From assembly GCA_002269645.1 (NCBI GenBank), contig NIVC01000551.1:62001-126000 (forward strand): 64,000 nt of DNA, given 5' to 3'. The notes under the pieces were generated by a model. The model searched no databases. It was not told where the DNA came from and worked only from the letters and a program-made list of their open reading frames with translations. Origin of the DNA: Macrostomum lignano. Taxonomy: Eukaryota. Shown one piece after another: positions 24,245 to 35,800 of this stretch (position 1 is its first letter; each line of letters begins with the position of its first letter). The translations under genes were made by a program, and so were the position numbers.

Positions 24245-27200
24245 CTAGGCCTGAAGCTTTCAAGGACTACCGTAAGGTTGTCCAGCTACACGGATCACTC
24301 AATCCCAGTATTAGGTGAAGCAACAATCGACGTGGTTAGCCACAACGTCCGGCTTTACCAATTGCCTGTACTGATTGTCAAAGGAGAACGAGTAAATCTG
24401 CTTGGACGCGACTGGCTTTCTAAGATCAAGATTGACTGGGACAAGTTTGCGAGTGTGAACGTGACCACATTAGTCCAGCCTATGGATCTATTGGTAAGGA
24501 GGCATGAGCAAGTGTTTGCTGAGACATTGGGAACCATTAAAGGATTGAAGGCCAATATAGTGCTGAAGGAGAATTCAATACCAAAGTATTTCAAAAGTCG
24601 GCCAGTTCCATTTGCAATCAAGGGTCTCATTGAGGACGAGCTCAAGAGTTTGCAAGCCCAAGGAATCATCACGAAGGTGAAGGCATCGGATTTCGCATCG
24701 CCAATCGTTCCTGTTCTCAAGCGCGATGGAAAATCAGTGAGAATTTGCGCTGACTTTAAAAGGACAGTCAATCCACAATTAGAGGTCGACAAGTATCCTC
24801 TGCCACGACCAGAAGAAATTTTTGCAACATTAAATGGCGGGAAATATTTTACCAAACTGGACATCTCGCAAGCATTCCTGCAGCTTGAGTTGGAAGAATC
24901 CTGTAGAAGGTTTACCACTATCAACACTCATCTCGGTCTGTTTCAATATAACCGACTCACAATGGGACTTGCATCCGCACCGGCTCAGTTTCAGGAGGCC
25001 ATGGAGAAAATACTGCAGGGCCTGGACGTCGTTGTATACATAGATGATATTCTGGTGTCTGGAACCAGTCTGGAAGACCACGATAATAGGTTGAACGCCG
25101 TGTTGGAGCGCCTTTCAGATTATGGCGTGCATTTAAACAGAAAGAAGTGTGAATTTCGTCTCAACAAGATTGCATTCCTCGGATACGTTATTGACGAAAA
25201 TGGACTTCACCCATCAAACGAGAAAGTTGAGGCAATTCACAATGCACCGGCACCAACAAATGCAACCGAAGTTCGCTCTCTAATTGGAATGATAACCTAC
25301 TACGCGAAGTTCATCCCGAATCTGTCGTCGATTCTGGTACCGCTCAATCGACTGTTGTGCAAGGAATCGGAGTTTCACTGGAGTGAGGAGTGCAACGCTG
25401 CATTTGACAGGGTGAAGAAAACGCTGACGTCTGACCGAGTGCTAGCGCATTTCGATCCGAAGAAGCAGCTCGTTCTACAAACGGATGCTTCAAAGTATGG
25501 AATCGGATGTGTCATCTCGCACGTGCTGCCGAATGGTGATGAAAGGCCAGTTGCCTATGCTTCGAGGACGCTATCAAAGCCGGAGATTAACTACTCGCAG
25601 TTGGAGAAGGAAGCGCTGGCCATAGTATTCGGAGTAAAAAGGTTCCACCAGTACCTGTTTGGACATCATTTCGTGCTTGTGACGGACCATAAGCCGCTCC
25701 TAACCATCTTTGGAGACAAAAAGGATATCCCTAGCATCGCAGCAAGTCGTCTTCAGCGTTGGGCCGTACTTCTGTCCGCCCACCAATACACAATCAAATT
25801 TCGAAGGACAGAGGACCATTCAAATGCGGACGCGCTTTCACGCTTACCAGATCGAGCCAAGAACATCTCACGTGACAAAATTCTGGAAGTCAGACTTGAG
25901 ATGCTACCGATCACAGCAGAGACGATTAGAACCGCGACACGGAAGGACGCAGAACTTCGAAAAGTCGTTCACTACTGCCAAAACGGCTGGCCAGAAACAA
26001 GTGAGCCAGGTTTGGAACAGTATTTTCGTAAAAGAAATGAGCTTTGTATCGAGCAAGGAGTGATTTTCTGGGGACTGCGCGTCGTTATTCCAAGGAGTGT
26101 GCAACGAATGGTTCTGGAGTTGCTTCACGACGGACACCCTGGAATAGTTGCTATGAAGTCTATCGCTAGGCTGCATGTTTGGTTCCCTGGAATCGATAGT
26201 GCCATCGAAGACCTAGTCCGAAGCTGTGAAGGTTGCCAGTTGCAAAGAAATTTACCTGCACAGGCACCTGTACAACCTCTTGTTTGGCCAGAGAAGCCAT
26301 GGACAAGAATCCAGCTGGACTACATGGGACCATTTCACGGATATTTCTGGCTTATCATTGTCGACGCAACTAGTAAATGGGTCAAGATTTTTCCTATGAA
26401 ACATGCGACTACAAGTAAGACAATTGAGTGCCTGCGAGATACTTTCACAAGGTTCGGAATTCCTCAGCAAGTCTTAAGTGACAACGGCAGTCAGTTCTGC
26501 TCATCTGAGTTTCGTGCGTTTTTGAAGCGAAATAATATTCGTCAAATTTTAACGGCTGTTAAACATCCGCGTACTAATGGACTTAGCGAAAGGATGGTCC
26601 AGACTGCGAAGTCTGCTATTAAAGCCGGAATCAAAACGCATGGAGACCCAATACTGAGTATGCAGAACTTCTTGTTCAGATACAGAAGTACACCTCACTC
26701 TACAACTGGTAGGACGCCAGCTGAAATGATGCTGTGCTACAAGCGCCGGACTCAATTGGACTTTCTTAGGCCGGACACCTACTCAAAAGTACTGGATAAG
26801 CAGACTGATGTGACCGAACGACAAAGCCATAGAGGAGCGTCGCCGAGGGAGTTCCAGGAGGGAGAAAAAGTTCTGACGCTGGATTTCAGAAGGGAGAAAG
26901 AGAACAGATGGATTCCTGCCGAGGTGGTCACCCGCACAGGACCAATGTCTTACAGACTGCAGGTCAACGGTCAAATCTGGAAGAGGCACGTTGATCAAAT
27001 TGTCAAGACAGACGTTCTTCCCACCCGAATTCCACCAATCATGAAGAGGCATCATGACGATCAGACTGACTTGGCTCGTGAGCAAATGCAGAGTGAGGAA
27101 ATTTCAAATCCAGCAGCCCAAAGCGTGCCCGTGCAAGACGAACCACAGACAACCGACTCAGACGGAACTCGTGGCAAGAGCACTGACACATCGGCTAAAG

Positions 27201-27259
27201 AACCTAGACGACTGAGGGACAGAGACAAATTGCAGAAACCGGACCGGTTGAGATATTAA
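24245..27259 (+). CDS. pol: Pol (protease C-half, RT, RNase H, integrase), in frame with gag behind a single TAA
   Basis: RT YIDD; RNase H QTDAS/EKEAL/TDHKPL/ADALSR; integrase HHCC (H-DG-H...CEGC) and D-D35-E (QLDY, SDNGSQF, LSER). Confidence 0.95.
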   Translation, partial: LGLKLSRTTVRLSSYTDHSIPVLGEATIDVVSHNVRLYQLPVLIVKGERVNLLGRDWLSKIKIDWDKFASVNVTTLVQPMDLLVRRHEQVFAETLGTIKGLKANIVLKENSIPKYFKSRPVPFAIKGLIEDELKSLQAQGIITKVKASDFASPIVPVLKRDGKSVRICADFKRTVNPQLEVDKYPLPRPEEIFATLNGGKYFTKLDISQAFLQLELEESCRRFTTINTHLGLFQYNRLTMGLASAPAQFQEAMEKILQGLDVVVYIDDILVSGTSLEDHDNRLNAVLERLSDYGVHLNRKKCEFRLNKIAFLGYVIDENGLHPSNEKVEAIHNAPAPTNATEVRSLIGMITYYAKFIPNLSSILVPLNRLLCKESEFHWSEECNAAFDRVKKTLTSDRVLAHFDPKKQLVLQTDASKYGIGCVISHVLPNGDERPVAYASRTLSKPEINYSQLEKEALAIVFGVKRFHQYLFGHHFVLVTDHKPLLTIFGDKKDIPSIAASRLQRWAVLLSAHQYTIKFRRTEDHSNADALSRLPDRAKNISRDKILEVRLEMLPITAETIRTATRKDAELRKVVHYCQNGWPETSEPGLEQYFRKRNELCIEQGVIFWGLRVVIPRSVQRMVLELLHDGHPGIVAMKSIARLHVWFPGIDSAIEDLVRSCEGCQLQRNLPAQAPVQPLVWPEKPWTRIQLDYMGPFHGYFWLIIVDATSKWVKIFPMKHATTSKTIECLRDTFTRFGIPQQVLSDNGSQFCSSEFRAFLKRNNIRQILTAVKHPRTNGLSERMVQTAKSAIKAGIKTHGDPILSMQNFLFRYRSTPHSTTGRTPAEMMLCYKRRTQLDFLRPDTYSKVLDKQTDVTERQSHRGASPREFQEGEKVLTLDFRREKENRWIPAEVVTRTGPMSYRLQVNGQIWKRHVDQIVKTDVLPTRIPPIMKRHHDDQTDLAREQMQSEEISNPAAQSVPVQDEPQTTDSDGTRGKSTDTSAKEPRRLRDRDKLQKPDRLRY

Positions 27260-27264
27260 TTGAC

Positions 27265-27275
27265 AAAGGGGGGAA
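27265..27275 (+). promoter_or_regulatory. Polypurine tract
   Basis: AAAGGGGGGAA directly before the 3' LTR. Confidence 0.9.
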
Positions 27276-27535
27276 TGTTGTGTATGGACTTTTGGTTTAG
27301 CAAATGCACTAATGCTTCCCTTCTTTTGTCTATAGTCTAGGGTACAATATTTTATTTCTTTAAGAGCCGAAGGCTAACAGTATTACAAAGGGCAAACAAG
27401 ACGTGCGCCGGCTAGAGGCAAATAAAGCTTGTGAACAGCTCGTATTTTAAATAATGCTTCTTCGACTTGACTTTGATGTCAGATGGTAGCCTGGAGGCAA
27501 TAGTCGGTATAGAAGCAGAAGAAGAGGACATAACA
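27276..27535 (+). repeat. 3' LTR (260 bp)
   Basis: Copy of 22941-23200. Confidence 0.97.
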
Positions 27536-27835
27536 AAGATACAGTGGCTCCGTCTGTCTCTACAGGCCGGAGTTCTTCAGTCCGTTCAGCTGGTACGGCA
27601 GCGATCCGGCCTGCCGGACCCTTGACGGCATGTCGGCTGATGAGCTGGAGACCTGCCGCAGGCGCTATAACTCCAGCTACGCCATCCAGTACCACACCAG
27701 GTGGGGCTCAATAGCAGGAATGACATGGCCGGGGCGAACTGAGTAGTGCGGTCAGAATTGGAGTGCAATTTGGAAGTGTTGATGCGAGGACACCTTGATA
27801 AAAAGTACTCGGTTAGTCAAAAAACTACAAGTAAC

Positions 27836-28470
27836 TCAATGGACTCAAAGCTACAGTTAGCAGAGGGTTCTCAATGGACTCAAAGCTACAGTTAGCAGAG
27901 GGTTCTCAATGGACTCAAAGCTACAGTGAGCAGAGGGTTCTCAATGGACTCAAAGCTACAGTTAGCAGAGGGTTCTCAATGGACTCAAAGCTACAGTTGA
28001 CAGAGGGTTCTCAATGGACTCCAAACTACAGTTAGCAGAGGGTTCTCAATGGACTCAAAGCTACAGTTAGCAGAGGGTTCTCAATGGACTCAAAGCTACA
28101 GTGAGCAGAGGGTTCTCAATGGACTCAAAGCTACAGTTAGCAGAGGGTTCTCAATGGACTCAAAGCTACAGTTGACAGAGGGTTCTCAATGGACTCCAAA
28201 CTACAGTTAGCAGAGGGTTCTCAATGGACTCAAAGCTACAGTTAGCAGAGGGTTCTCAATGGACTCAAAGCTACAGTTAGCAGAGGGTTCTCAATGGACT
28301 CAAAGCTACAGTTAGCAGAGGGTTCTCAATGGACTCAAAGCTACAGTTAGCAGAGGGTTCTCAATGGACTCAAAGCTACAGTTAACAGAGGGTTCTCAAT
28401 GGACTCAAAGCTACAGTTAGCAGAGGGTTCTCAATGGACTCAAAGCTACAATTAGCAGAGGATTCTCAAT
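27836..28470. repeat. 35-bp tandem repeat caatggactcaaagctacagttagcagagggttct
   Basis: About 18 copies, period confirmed at 27841, 27876, 27911. Confidence 0.95.
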
Positions 28471-28859
28471 GGAATTATTATACTGGTACGTCTGTTTCTA
28501 TAAAATTTGCACACTTTATATTAGCTGTGCAATGCAATAATTCAGGTAACGATGTCTTGCCGTGTTATCGATGATAAAGAAACTTATTACATATTAAAAT
28601 TAATAATATTTTACATTAGATACAATTGAAGTCATTCAAACTCTTGACACTTTGTTCACTTGTTGCTTAATTTGTGGCCTAGCTGTTTGACCCGACTAGA
28701 GCACTTGCAGAATACTTCTGCTTTACCAAAGAACCTCAATACAGGAAAGCCAGCTAAACCTACAGTCTAACACATTCAGATATATTTATTTAGTGTCGAC
28801 AAAAACAATTAGGAAAAAATATTTATAAAAGGTACGCCTCATGTAGCCGTCATGCAGCC

Positions 28860-30290
28860 TTTAAGATCCTTAGTTGCTGGGCCAGCCTCACAGATCCTCA
28901 GTTGCTGGGCCATGGCCTCCCAGATCCTCAGTTGCTGGGCCAGCCTCCCAGATCCTCAGTTGCTGGGCCATGGCCTCCCAGATCCTCAGTTGCTGGGCCA
29001 TGGCCTCCCAGATCCTCAGCTGCTGGGCCAGCCTCCCAGATCCTCAGTTGCTGGGCCATGGCCTCCCAGATCCTCAGCTGCTGGGCCAGCCTCCCAGATC
29101 CTCAGTTGCTGGGCCATGGCCTCCCAGATCCTCAGCTGCTGGGCCAGCCTCCCAGATCCTCAGTTGCTGGGCCATGGCCTCCCAGATCCTCAGTTGCTGG
29201 GCCAGCCTCCCAGATCCTCAGTTGCTGGGCCATGGCCTCCCAGATCCTCAGTTGCTGGGCCATGGCCTCCCAGATCCTCAGCTGCTGGGCCAGCCTCCCA
29301 GATCCTCAGTTGCTGGGCCATGGCCTCCCAGATCCTCAGCTGCTGGGCCAGCCTCCCAGATCCTCAGTTGCTGGGCCATGGCCTCCCAGATCCTCAGCTG
29401 CTGGGCCAGCCTCCCAGATCCTCAGTTGCTGGGCCATGGCCTCCCAGATCCTCAGCTGCTGGGCCAGCCTCCCAGATCCTCAGTTGCTGGGCCATGGCCT
29501 CCCAGATCCTCAGTTGCTGGGCCATGGCCTCCCAGATCCTCAGTTGCTGGGCCATGGCCTCCCAGATCCTCAGTTGCTGGGCCATGGCCTCCCAGATCCT
29601 CAGTTGCTGGGTCAGCCTCCCAGATCCTCAGTTGCTGGGCCAGCCTCCCAGATCCTCAGTTGCTGGGCCATGGCCTCCCAGATCCTCAGCTGCTGGGCCA
29701 GCCTCCCAGATCCTCAGTTGCTGGGCCATGGCCTCCCAGATCCTCAGCTGCTGGGCCAGCCTCCCAGATCCTCAGTTGCTGGGCCATGGCCTCCCAGATC
29801 CTCAGCTGCTGGGCCAGCCTCCCAGATCCTCAGTTGCTGGGCCATGGCCTCCCAGATCCTCAGTTGCTGGGCCACCAGCCTCCCAAATCCTCAGTTGCTG
29901 GGCCACCAGCCTCCCAGATCCTCAGTTGCTGGGCCATGGCCTCCCAGATCCTCAGTTGCTGGGTCAGCCTCCCAGATCCTCAGTTGCTGGGCCAGCCTCC
30001 CAGATCCTCAGTTGCTGGGCCAGCCTCCCAGATCCTCAGTTGCTGGGCCAACCTCCCAGATCCTCAGTTGCTGGGCCAGCCTCCCAGATCCTCAGCTGCT
30101 GGGCCATGGCCTCCCAGATCCTCAGTTGCTGGGCCATGGCCTCCCAGATCCTCAGCTGCTGGGCCATGGCCTCCCAGATCCTCAGTTGCTGGGCCAGCCT
30201 TCCAGATCCTCAGCTGCTGGGCCAGCCTCCCAGATCCTCAGCTGCTGGGCCATGGCCTCCCAGATCCTCAGTTGCTGGGCCAGCCTCCCT
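28860..30290. repeat. Minisatellite with 28/30/31-bp variants ctcccagatcctcagttgctgggcc(agc|atggc|accagc)
   Basis: Read directly; reverse complement of the array at 39175-39775. Confidence 0.95.
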
Positions 30291-30659
30291 CAGTTTGCTG
30301 ACACACGTATGCACACTGCACACAAAACACGCAAGCACAGGCACAAAAACCCGAGAGACAGCGCAGAGCAAACAGCTGATGTAAAAGTAGTGTGCGGGGA
30401 CTGTGTAGACAGAAATGAATGCATTCATTGAGAAACTTATGAAAATGGCTACGCGACTGAGAAAAATAACTGCAGGAAACAGAAATGCAAATAAAGACAC
30501 GAGTGAACATTTCGCTACAGTTACGGTATCTCGTTTTTTAAGAAAAACCCACAATGTTCTTCATAGTCTACTCATAGTAGCGATAAATAAATATTATTAT
30601 TCGTTGATTTAAGTAGGATCGACAACGTTGCTAAAATTTAGTAGTAAAAATTATAGGGC

Positions 30660-31720
30660 TGAGAGAGGGAGATTAGAAGCATGAAAAGGAGAGATTAGAG
30701 ACCTGAGAAAGAGAGAGATTAGAGACCTGAGAAAGAGGGAAATTAGAGACCTGATAAAGAGTGACACTAGAGGCATAAGAAAGAAGATTGGAGATCTGAG
30801 AAAGTGGGAGATTAGAGACCTGAGAAAGGGAGAGATTAGAGACCTGAGAAAGGGGAGATTAGAGACCTGAGAAAGGGGAGATTATAGACCCTGAGAAAGA
30901 GAGAGATTAGAGACCTGAGAAAGGGGAGATTAGAGACCTGAGAAAGGGGAGATTATAGACCCTGAGAAAGAGAGAGATTAGAGACCTGAGAAAGGGAGAG
31001 ATTAGAGACCTGAGAAAGAAGAGATTAGAGACCTGAGAAAGGGGAGATTATAGACCCTGAGAAAGAGAGAGATTAGAGACCTGAGAAAGGGGGAGATTAG
31101 AGACCTGAGAAAGGGGAGATTATAGACCCTGAGAAAGAGAGAGATTAGAGACCTGAGAAAGGGCGAGATTAGAGACCCGAGAAAGAGAGAGATTAGAGAC
31201 CTGAGAAAGGGCGAGATTAGAGACCCGAGAAAGAGAGAGATTAGAGGCCTGAGAAAGAGAGAGATTAGAGACCTGAGAAAGAGAGAGATTAGAGACCTGA
31301 GAAAGAGAGAGATTAGAGACCTGAGAAAGGGCGAGATTAGAGACCTGAGAAAGAGAGAGATTAGAGACCCGAGAAAGAGAGAGATTAGAGACCTGAGAAA
31401 GGGCGAGATTAGAGACCTGAGAAAGAGAGAGATTAGAGACCTGAGAAAGAGAGAGATTAGAGACCTGAGAAAGAGAGAGATTAGAGACCTGAGAAAGAGG
31501 GACATTAGAGACCTGAGAAAGAGGGAGATTAGAGACCTGAGAAAGGGGGAGATTAGAAACCTGAGAAAGGGGGAGATTAGAGACCTGAGAAAGGGGGAGA
31601 TTAGAGACCCGAGAAAGAATGAGATTAGAAATCCCAGGAGAGAGATTAGAGACCTGATAAAGAGTGACACAATAGGCATAAGAAAGAGGGAGATTAAAGG
31701 CCTGAGAAATGAGTGATAAG
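30660..31720. repeat. ~24-bp minisatellite gagattagagacctgagaaagaga
   Basis: Read directly. Confidence 0.92.
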
Positions 31721-32229
31721 TGACAGTGGAGACGAGAGACAACCGGAAATTCCCGATATGTATCGTAGTCAACTTAATTTCAAGTTTTTCTCAAAAAACG
31801 AACAAAACCAGAGTCTTCCTTAGACAGTGAAATTTGAATTGAATCAACAAACAGACGCAGTGACAAACAAGCTTAAACAAGCTTTGAATAAAGCCGGACA
31901 GGTTATCAATTAAGAAATGAAAAATATATTTGTCTGTCTAAATATTCATGCGGATGCAACTGTGATGAAACAATACAGAAGGTAAAGTTTAACGATAATT
32001 GAGACATTGACGCACAGTTTAACACAGAAAAATATGTACTTCTAATCATGGCGGCATTATTTATATATCTTATTGACATGAGCGGCCACAAGTTTTAAGG
32101 ACTTGTTTACTAGCAAATAAATTCATTTGTGCAATTAAATATTCGGAACTAGTAAACTTTATTTACAATGTCTAACTGGGTAAGAATTTGTAGGAGCCAA
32201 TCACCCTAACTCAGTGCCGTATTGGCTAA

Positions 32230-32730
32230 TGAGGATGCATTGGGCGATTCTCATGAGATTAGGGGCGATTCTCGAGATTAGAGGCGATTCTCATGAGATT
32301 AGGGGCGATTCTCATGAGATTAGGGGCGATTCTCATGAGATTAGGCGGCGATTCTCATGAGATTAGGGGCGATTCTCATGAGATTACGGGGCGATTCTCA
32401 AGTGCTTTGAGGCGATTCTCATGAGATTAGGGGCGAGTCTCATGAGATTAGGGGCAATTATCATGAGATTAGGGGCGAGTCTCATGAGATTAGGGGCAAT
32501 TATCATGAGATTAGGAGCGAGTTTCGTGAGATTAGGGACGATTATCGTGAGATTAGGGACGATTCTGGTGAGATTAGGGACGATTCTCGTGAGATTAGGG
32601 ACGATTCTCATGAGATTAGGGGCGATTCTAATGAGATTAGGGGGCGATTCTCAAGTGCTTTAAGGCGATTCTCATGAGATTAAGGGCAATTCTCATGAGA
32701 TTAGGGGCAATTCTCATGAGATTGGGGGGG
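32230..32730. repeat. 21-bp minisatellite ctcatgagattaggggcgatt
   Basis: Read directly. Confidence 0.92.
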
Positions 32731-32816
32731 GGGAATTCCCAGAGTGCTCATCCCAGTAAACCAGTTAGATTAGACACCACAGGAGAGAACTATCCGATAC
32801 AATAACAGAGGAGATG

Positions 32817-35800
32817 TCAGGCCAGATAGATTCTGTGGTAGTCGTTGGCGCCAAAAGTTGCATTGCATTTCGGACACTTCCGATTCCGAGTCTCGTAGCG
32901 AGTTTTCAAACAGTCCAAGCAGAACACGTGGAAGCACTTGGTTAAGATGGCGTCTTTGCGCCTCACCTTGCAGCAGGGGCAGGTCAGCTGCTCTTTGTAA
33001 TCGGCGATCTCGGCTAGAAGCACCTCGTCAGCATTGGAGGACTCTTCGATCTTCTTCAATCTGTCGTGCTTTCGTTTCAAAGTTGCCAGCTCTTCTAGAA
33101 GACGCTTGTGCCTGAAGCCTTCCTTCTCGATCACGGCCGCTTTCTCTTGCACCGCGGCTTGCAGTTCGCGCACCTGGCTCAGGTATTTGTCCAGGTTCAG
33201 CTGCAGGTCCTGCGCCTGCTGCTGGTGCTCTGCGCTGCGTCTGGGTGCGGAAATGGGTGGGGAATCGAATGGGGAACTGGATGGGGATATGAGTGGGGAA
33301 ATGGGTGGAGAACTGGATGGGGATATAGATGGGAAACTGGATGGGGAACTGGATGGGAAACTGGATGGGGAACTGGATGGGAGAACTGGATGGGGAACTG
33401 GATGGGGAACTGGATGGGAAACTGGATGGGGAACTGGATGGGAAACTGGATGGGGAACTGGATGGGAAACTGGATGGGGAACTGGATGGGAAACCGGATG
33501 GGAAACTGGATGGGGTAACGGGTGGGGAACAAAATGGAAAAATCGATGGGGACCTGGATGGCATGGGAAACATGCAAGTGTTCTATTAACTTATCCCTCA
33601 CCTCTTGAAGATGTCCAGAGCCTGCTGCCTGAGGCCAACCTCCTTCTCCAGAGTGGATATGCTGCCCATATTGAGTCGGTCCTTCTCCTCCAGCTTCTGC
33701 ACCACCTGACTCTGAGCCTCAATTCTCGCACCAATTATTCTCAGCTGATTGGCCAGCACGTCTTTCTCTTCTTGAAGCAGCAATCGCATTTTGTCTCCTT
33801 TTTGTCGCTCGTTCATCAGTTTCAGATTGGCGTCGTCTTTCTCTTTTAATTGCTTCATCAAGCGCTGATTCTGTTCTTGTACGTCTGAGAAGGCCAGCTC
33901 CATCACTTCCATCTCTTTGAGCAGGGCGTCCTCTTCTTGCTTGGAGGTGTTCAGCTTCTGCTGGCAGTGGTGCAGGGTCTCTTCTAGGCTGCAATTAGAA
34001 ATTCAACAATAAAATACCGTGTCCCCCTCTGATGTGCCGGCAGTCCCCCTCTTTGATTTGCCGCCAGTTACCCTCTTTGATTTGCCGCCAGTGCCCTCTT
34101 TGATTTGCCGCCAGTTACCCTCTTTGATTTGCCGCCAGTGCCCTATTTGATGTGCCGCTAGTGCCCTCTTTGATTTGCCGCCAGTGCCCTATTTGATGTG
34201 CCGCCAGTGCCCTATTTGATGTGCCGCCAGTGCCCTCTTTGATGTGCCGCCAGTTACCCTCTTTGATGTGCCGATATTCCCCTCTTTGATGTTCCGCCAG
34301 TTACCCTCTTTGACGTGCCGTCATTCCCCTCTTTGATGTGCCGCCGGTTACCCTCTGACGTGCCGCCATTCCCCTCTTTGATGTGCCGCCAGTCCTCCTA
34401 TTGATGTGCCGCCAGTCCCCCTATTGATGTGCCGCCATTCCCCTCTTTGATGTGCCGCCAGTTACCCTCTTTGACGTGCCGCCAGTCCCCCTATTGATGT
34501 GCCGCCAGTCCCCCTCTTTGATGTGCCGCCAGTCCCCCTATTGATGTGCCGCCAGTCCCCCTATTGATGTGCCGCCATTCCCCTCTTTGATGTGCCGCCA
34601 GTTACCCTCTTTGACGTGCCGCCAGTCCCCCTATTGATGTGCCGCCATTCCCCCTATTGATGTGCCGCCAGTCCCCCTATTGATGTGCCGCCATTCCCCT
34701 CTTTGATGTGCCGCCAGTTACCCTCTTTGACGTGCCGCCAGTCCCCCTATTGATGTGCCGCCATTCCCCCTATTGATGTGCCGCCAGTCCCCTTTTGATG
34801 TGCCGCCAGCCCCCCTATTGATGTGCCGCCAGTCCTCTTTTGATGTGCCGCCAGTCTCCTATTGATGTGCCGCCAGTCCCCCTATTGATGTGCCGCCAGT
34901 CCCCTTTTGATGTGCCGCCAGCCCCCCTATTGATGTGCCGCCAGTCCCCTTTTGATGTGCCGCCAGTCTCCTATTGATGTGCCGCCAGTCCCCCTATTGA
35001 TGTGCCAGCCCCCCCCATGATGTGCCGGGAGTCCGCAGGCCTCTCAAGCCGCACTCACCGCCGGACCTTCCTAGCCAGGTCATTCTCAGAGAACAGCTTC
35101 CGCTCCCGGTCCCTCAGCCGGTGCGCCTCAGCCCGGGACTCTTCCAGCTCGGTTCTCAGCCGAGCTTCCGAAGCGGAAATCGTGGCCCGATCGCGCTGAT
35201 CTTTAGACAGAGATTTGAATGCCTCCAACAACTGGGCCAACTCCTTTACTTTGTCCTGACTTTTCTTTAGCTGAATTTTCAAATTCTGCACAGCCGTTGA
35301 AGAAGACGAGGACGTGCCGAAGCTGGAGACGCTCGAATGAGGACTGGGGTTGGCGCCGCTGGGCCCGGCTTCTGGGCCGGCGGAGGCTGCGACGGGTGCC
35401 GCCGCTTCATCTTTTGCTGATGACTCAGACGAGGAAGCCGACGGTTGCTGCGGCTTCTGCTGCTGCTGATGATGAGGCTCTGAAGAGGCTGGATATTTGA
35501 GGGAGATTCTTTATGGGATTTGAGGGCGATTCATTGAGATTTGAGGGAGATTCTTCATGGGATATGAGAGAGATTCTTTATGGGATTTGAGGGAGATTCT
35601 TTATGGGATTTGAGGGAGATTCTTTATGGGATTTGAGGGAGATTCTTTATGGGATTTGAGGGAGATTCTTTATGGGATTTGAGGGAGATTCTTCATGGGA
35701 TATGAGAGAGATTCTTTATGGGATTTGAGGGAGATTCTTTATGGGATTTGAGGGAGATTCTTCATGGGATATGAGGGTGATTCTTTATGTGATTTCAGGG

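Larger units (their letters stand above)
22941..27535 (+). mobile_element. Full-length Ty3/Gypsy LTR retrotransposon (Mag-like), 4595 bp
   Basis: TG...CA LTRs, 5-bp TSD AAGAT (22936-22940, 27536-27540), PBS, PPT, domain order gag-PR-RT-RH-IN. Confidence 0.97.
22178..27746 (+). pseudogene. Glycosyltransferase family 32 (DxD, OCH1/alpha-1,4-transferase-like) gene, disrupted by an in-frame TAG and an LTR insertion
   Basis: 22178-22940: type-II membrane anchor, VHQSWK, HRLWTD, RYLYLYSMGGLYADLD (DxD). TAG at 22769-22771 is followed in frame by LIYSRPGQQIW...EDRTGPLML. The frame resumes after the TSD at 27541 (YSGSVCLYRPEFFSPFSW...YAIQYH) to TAG at 27744-27746. CAG acceptor at 22128-22130 upstream of the ATG. 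Confidence 0.8.

Noticed and set aside
28852-30431. Three ~500-aa repetitive ORFs
   Set aside because: All three frames are open because the 28/30/31-bp unit lacks stops; no unique coding flanks
35480-35482. Closer CAG acceptor for BRE1 exon 7
   Set aside because: With the phase-1 T from exon 6 it would create TAG; the acceptor at 35489-35491 keeps the frame open
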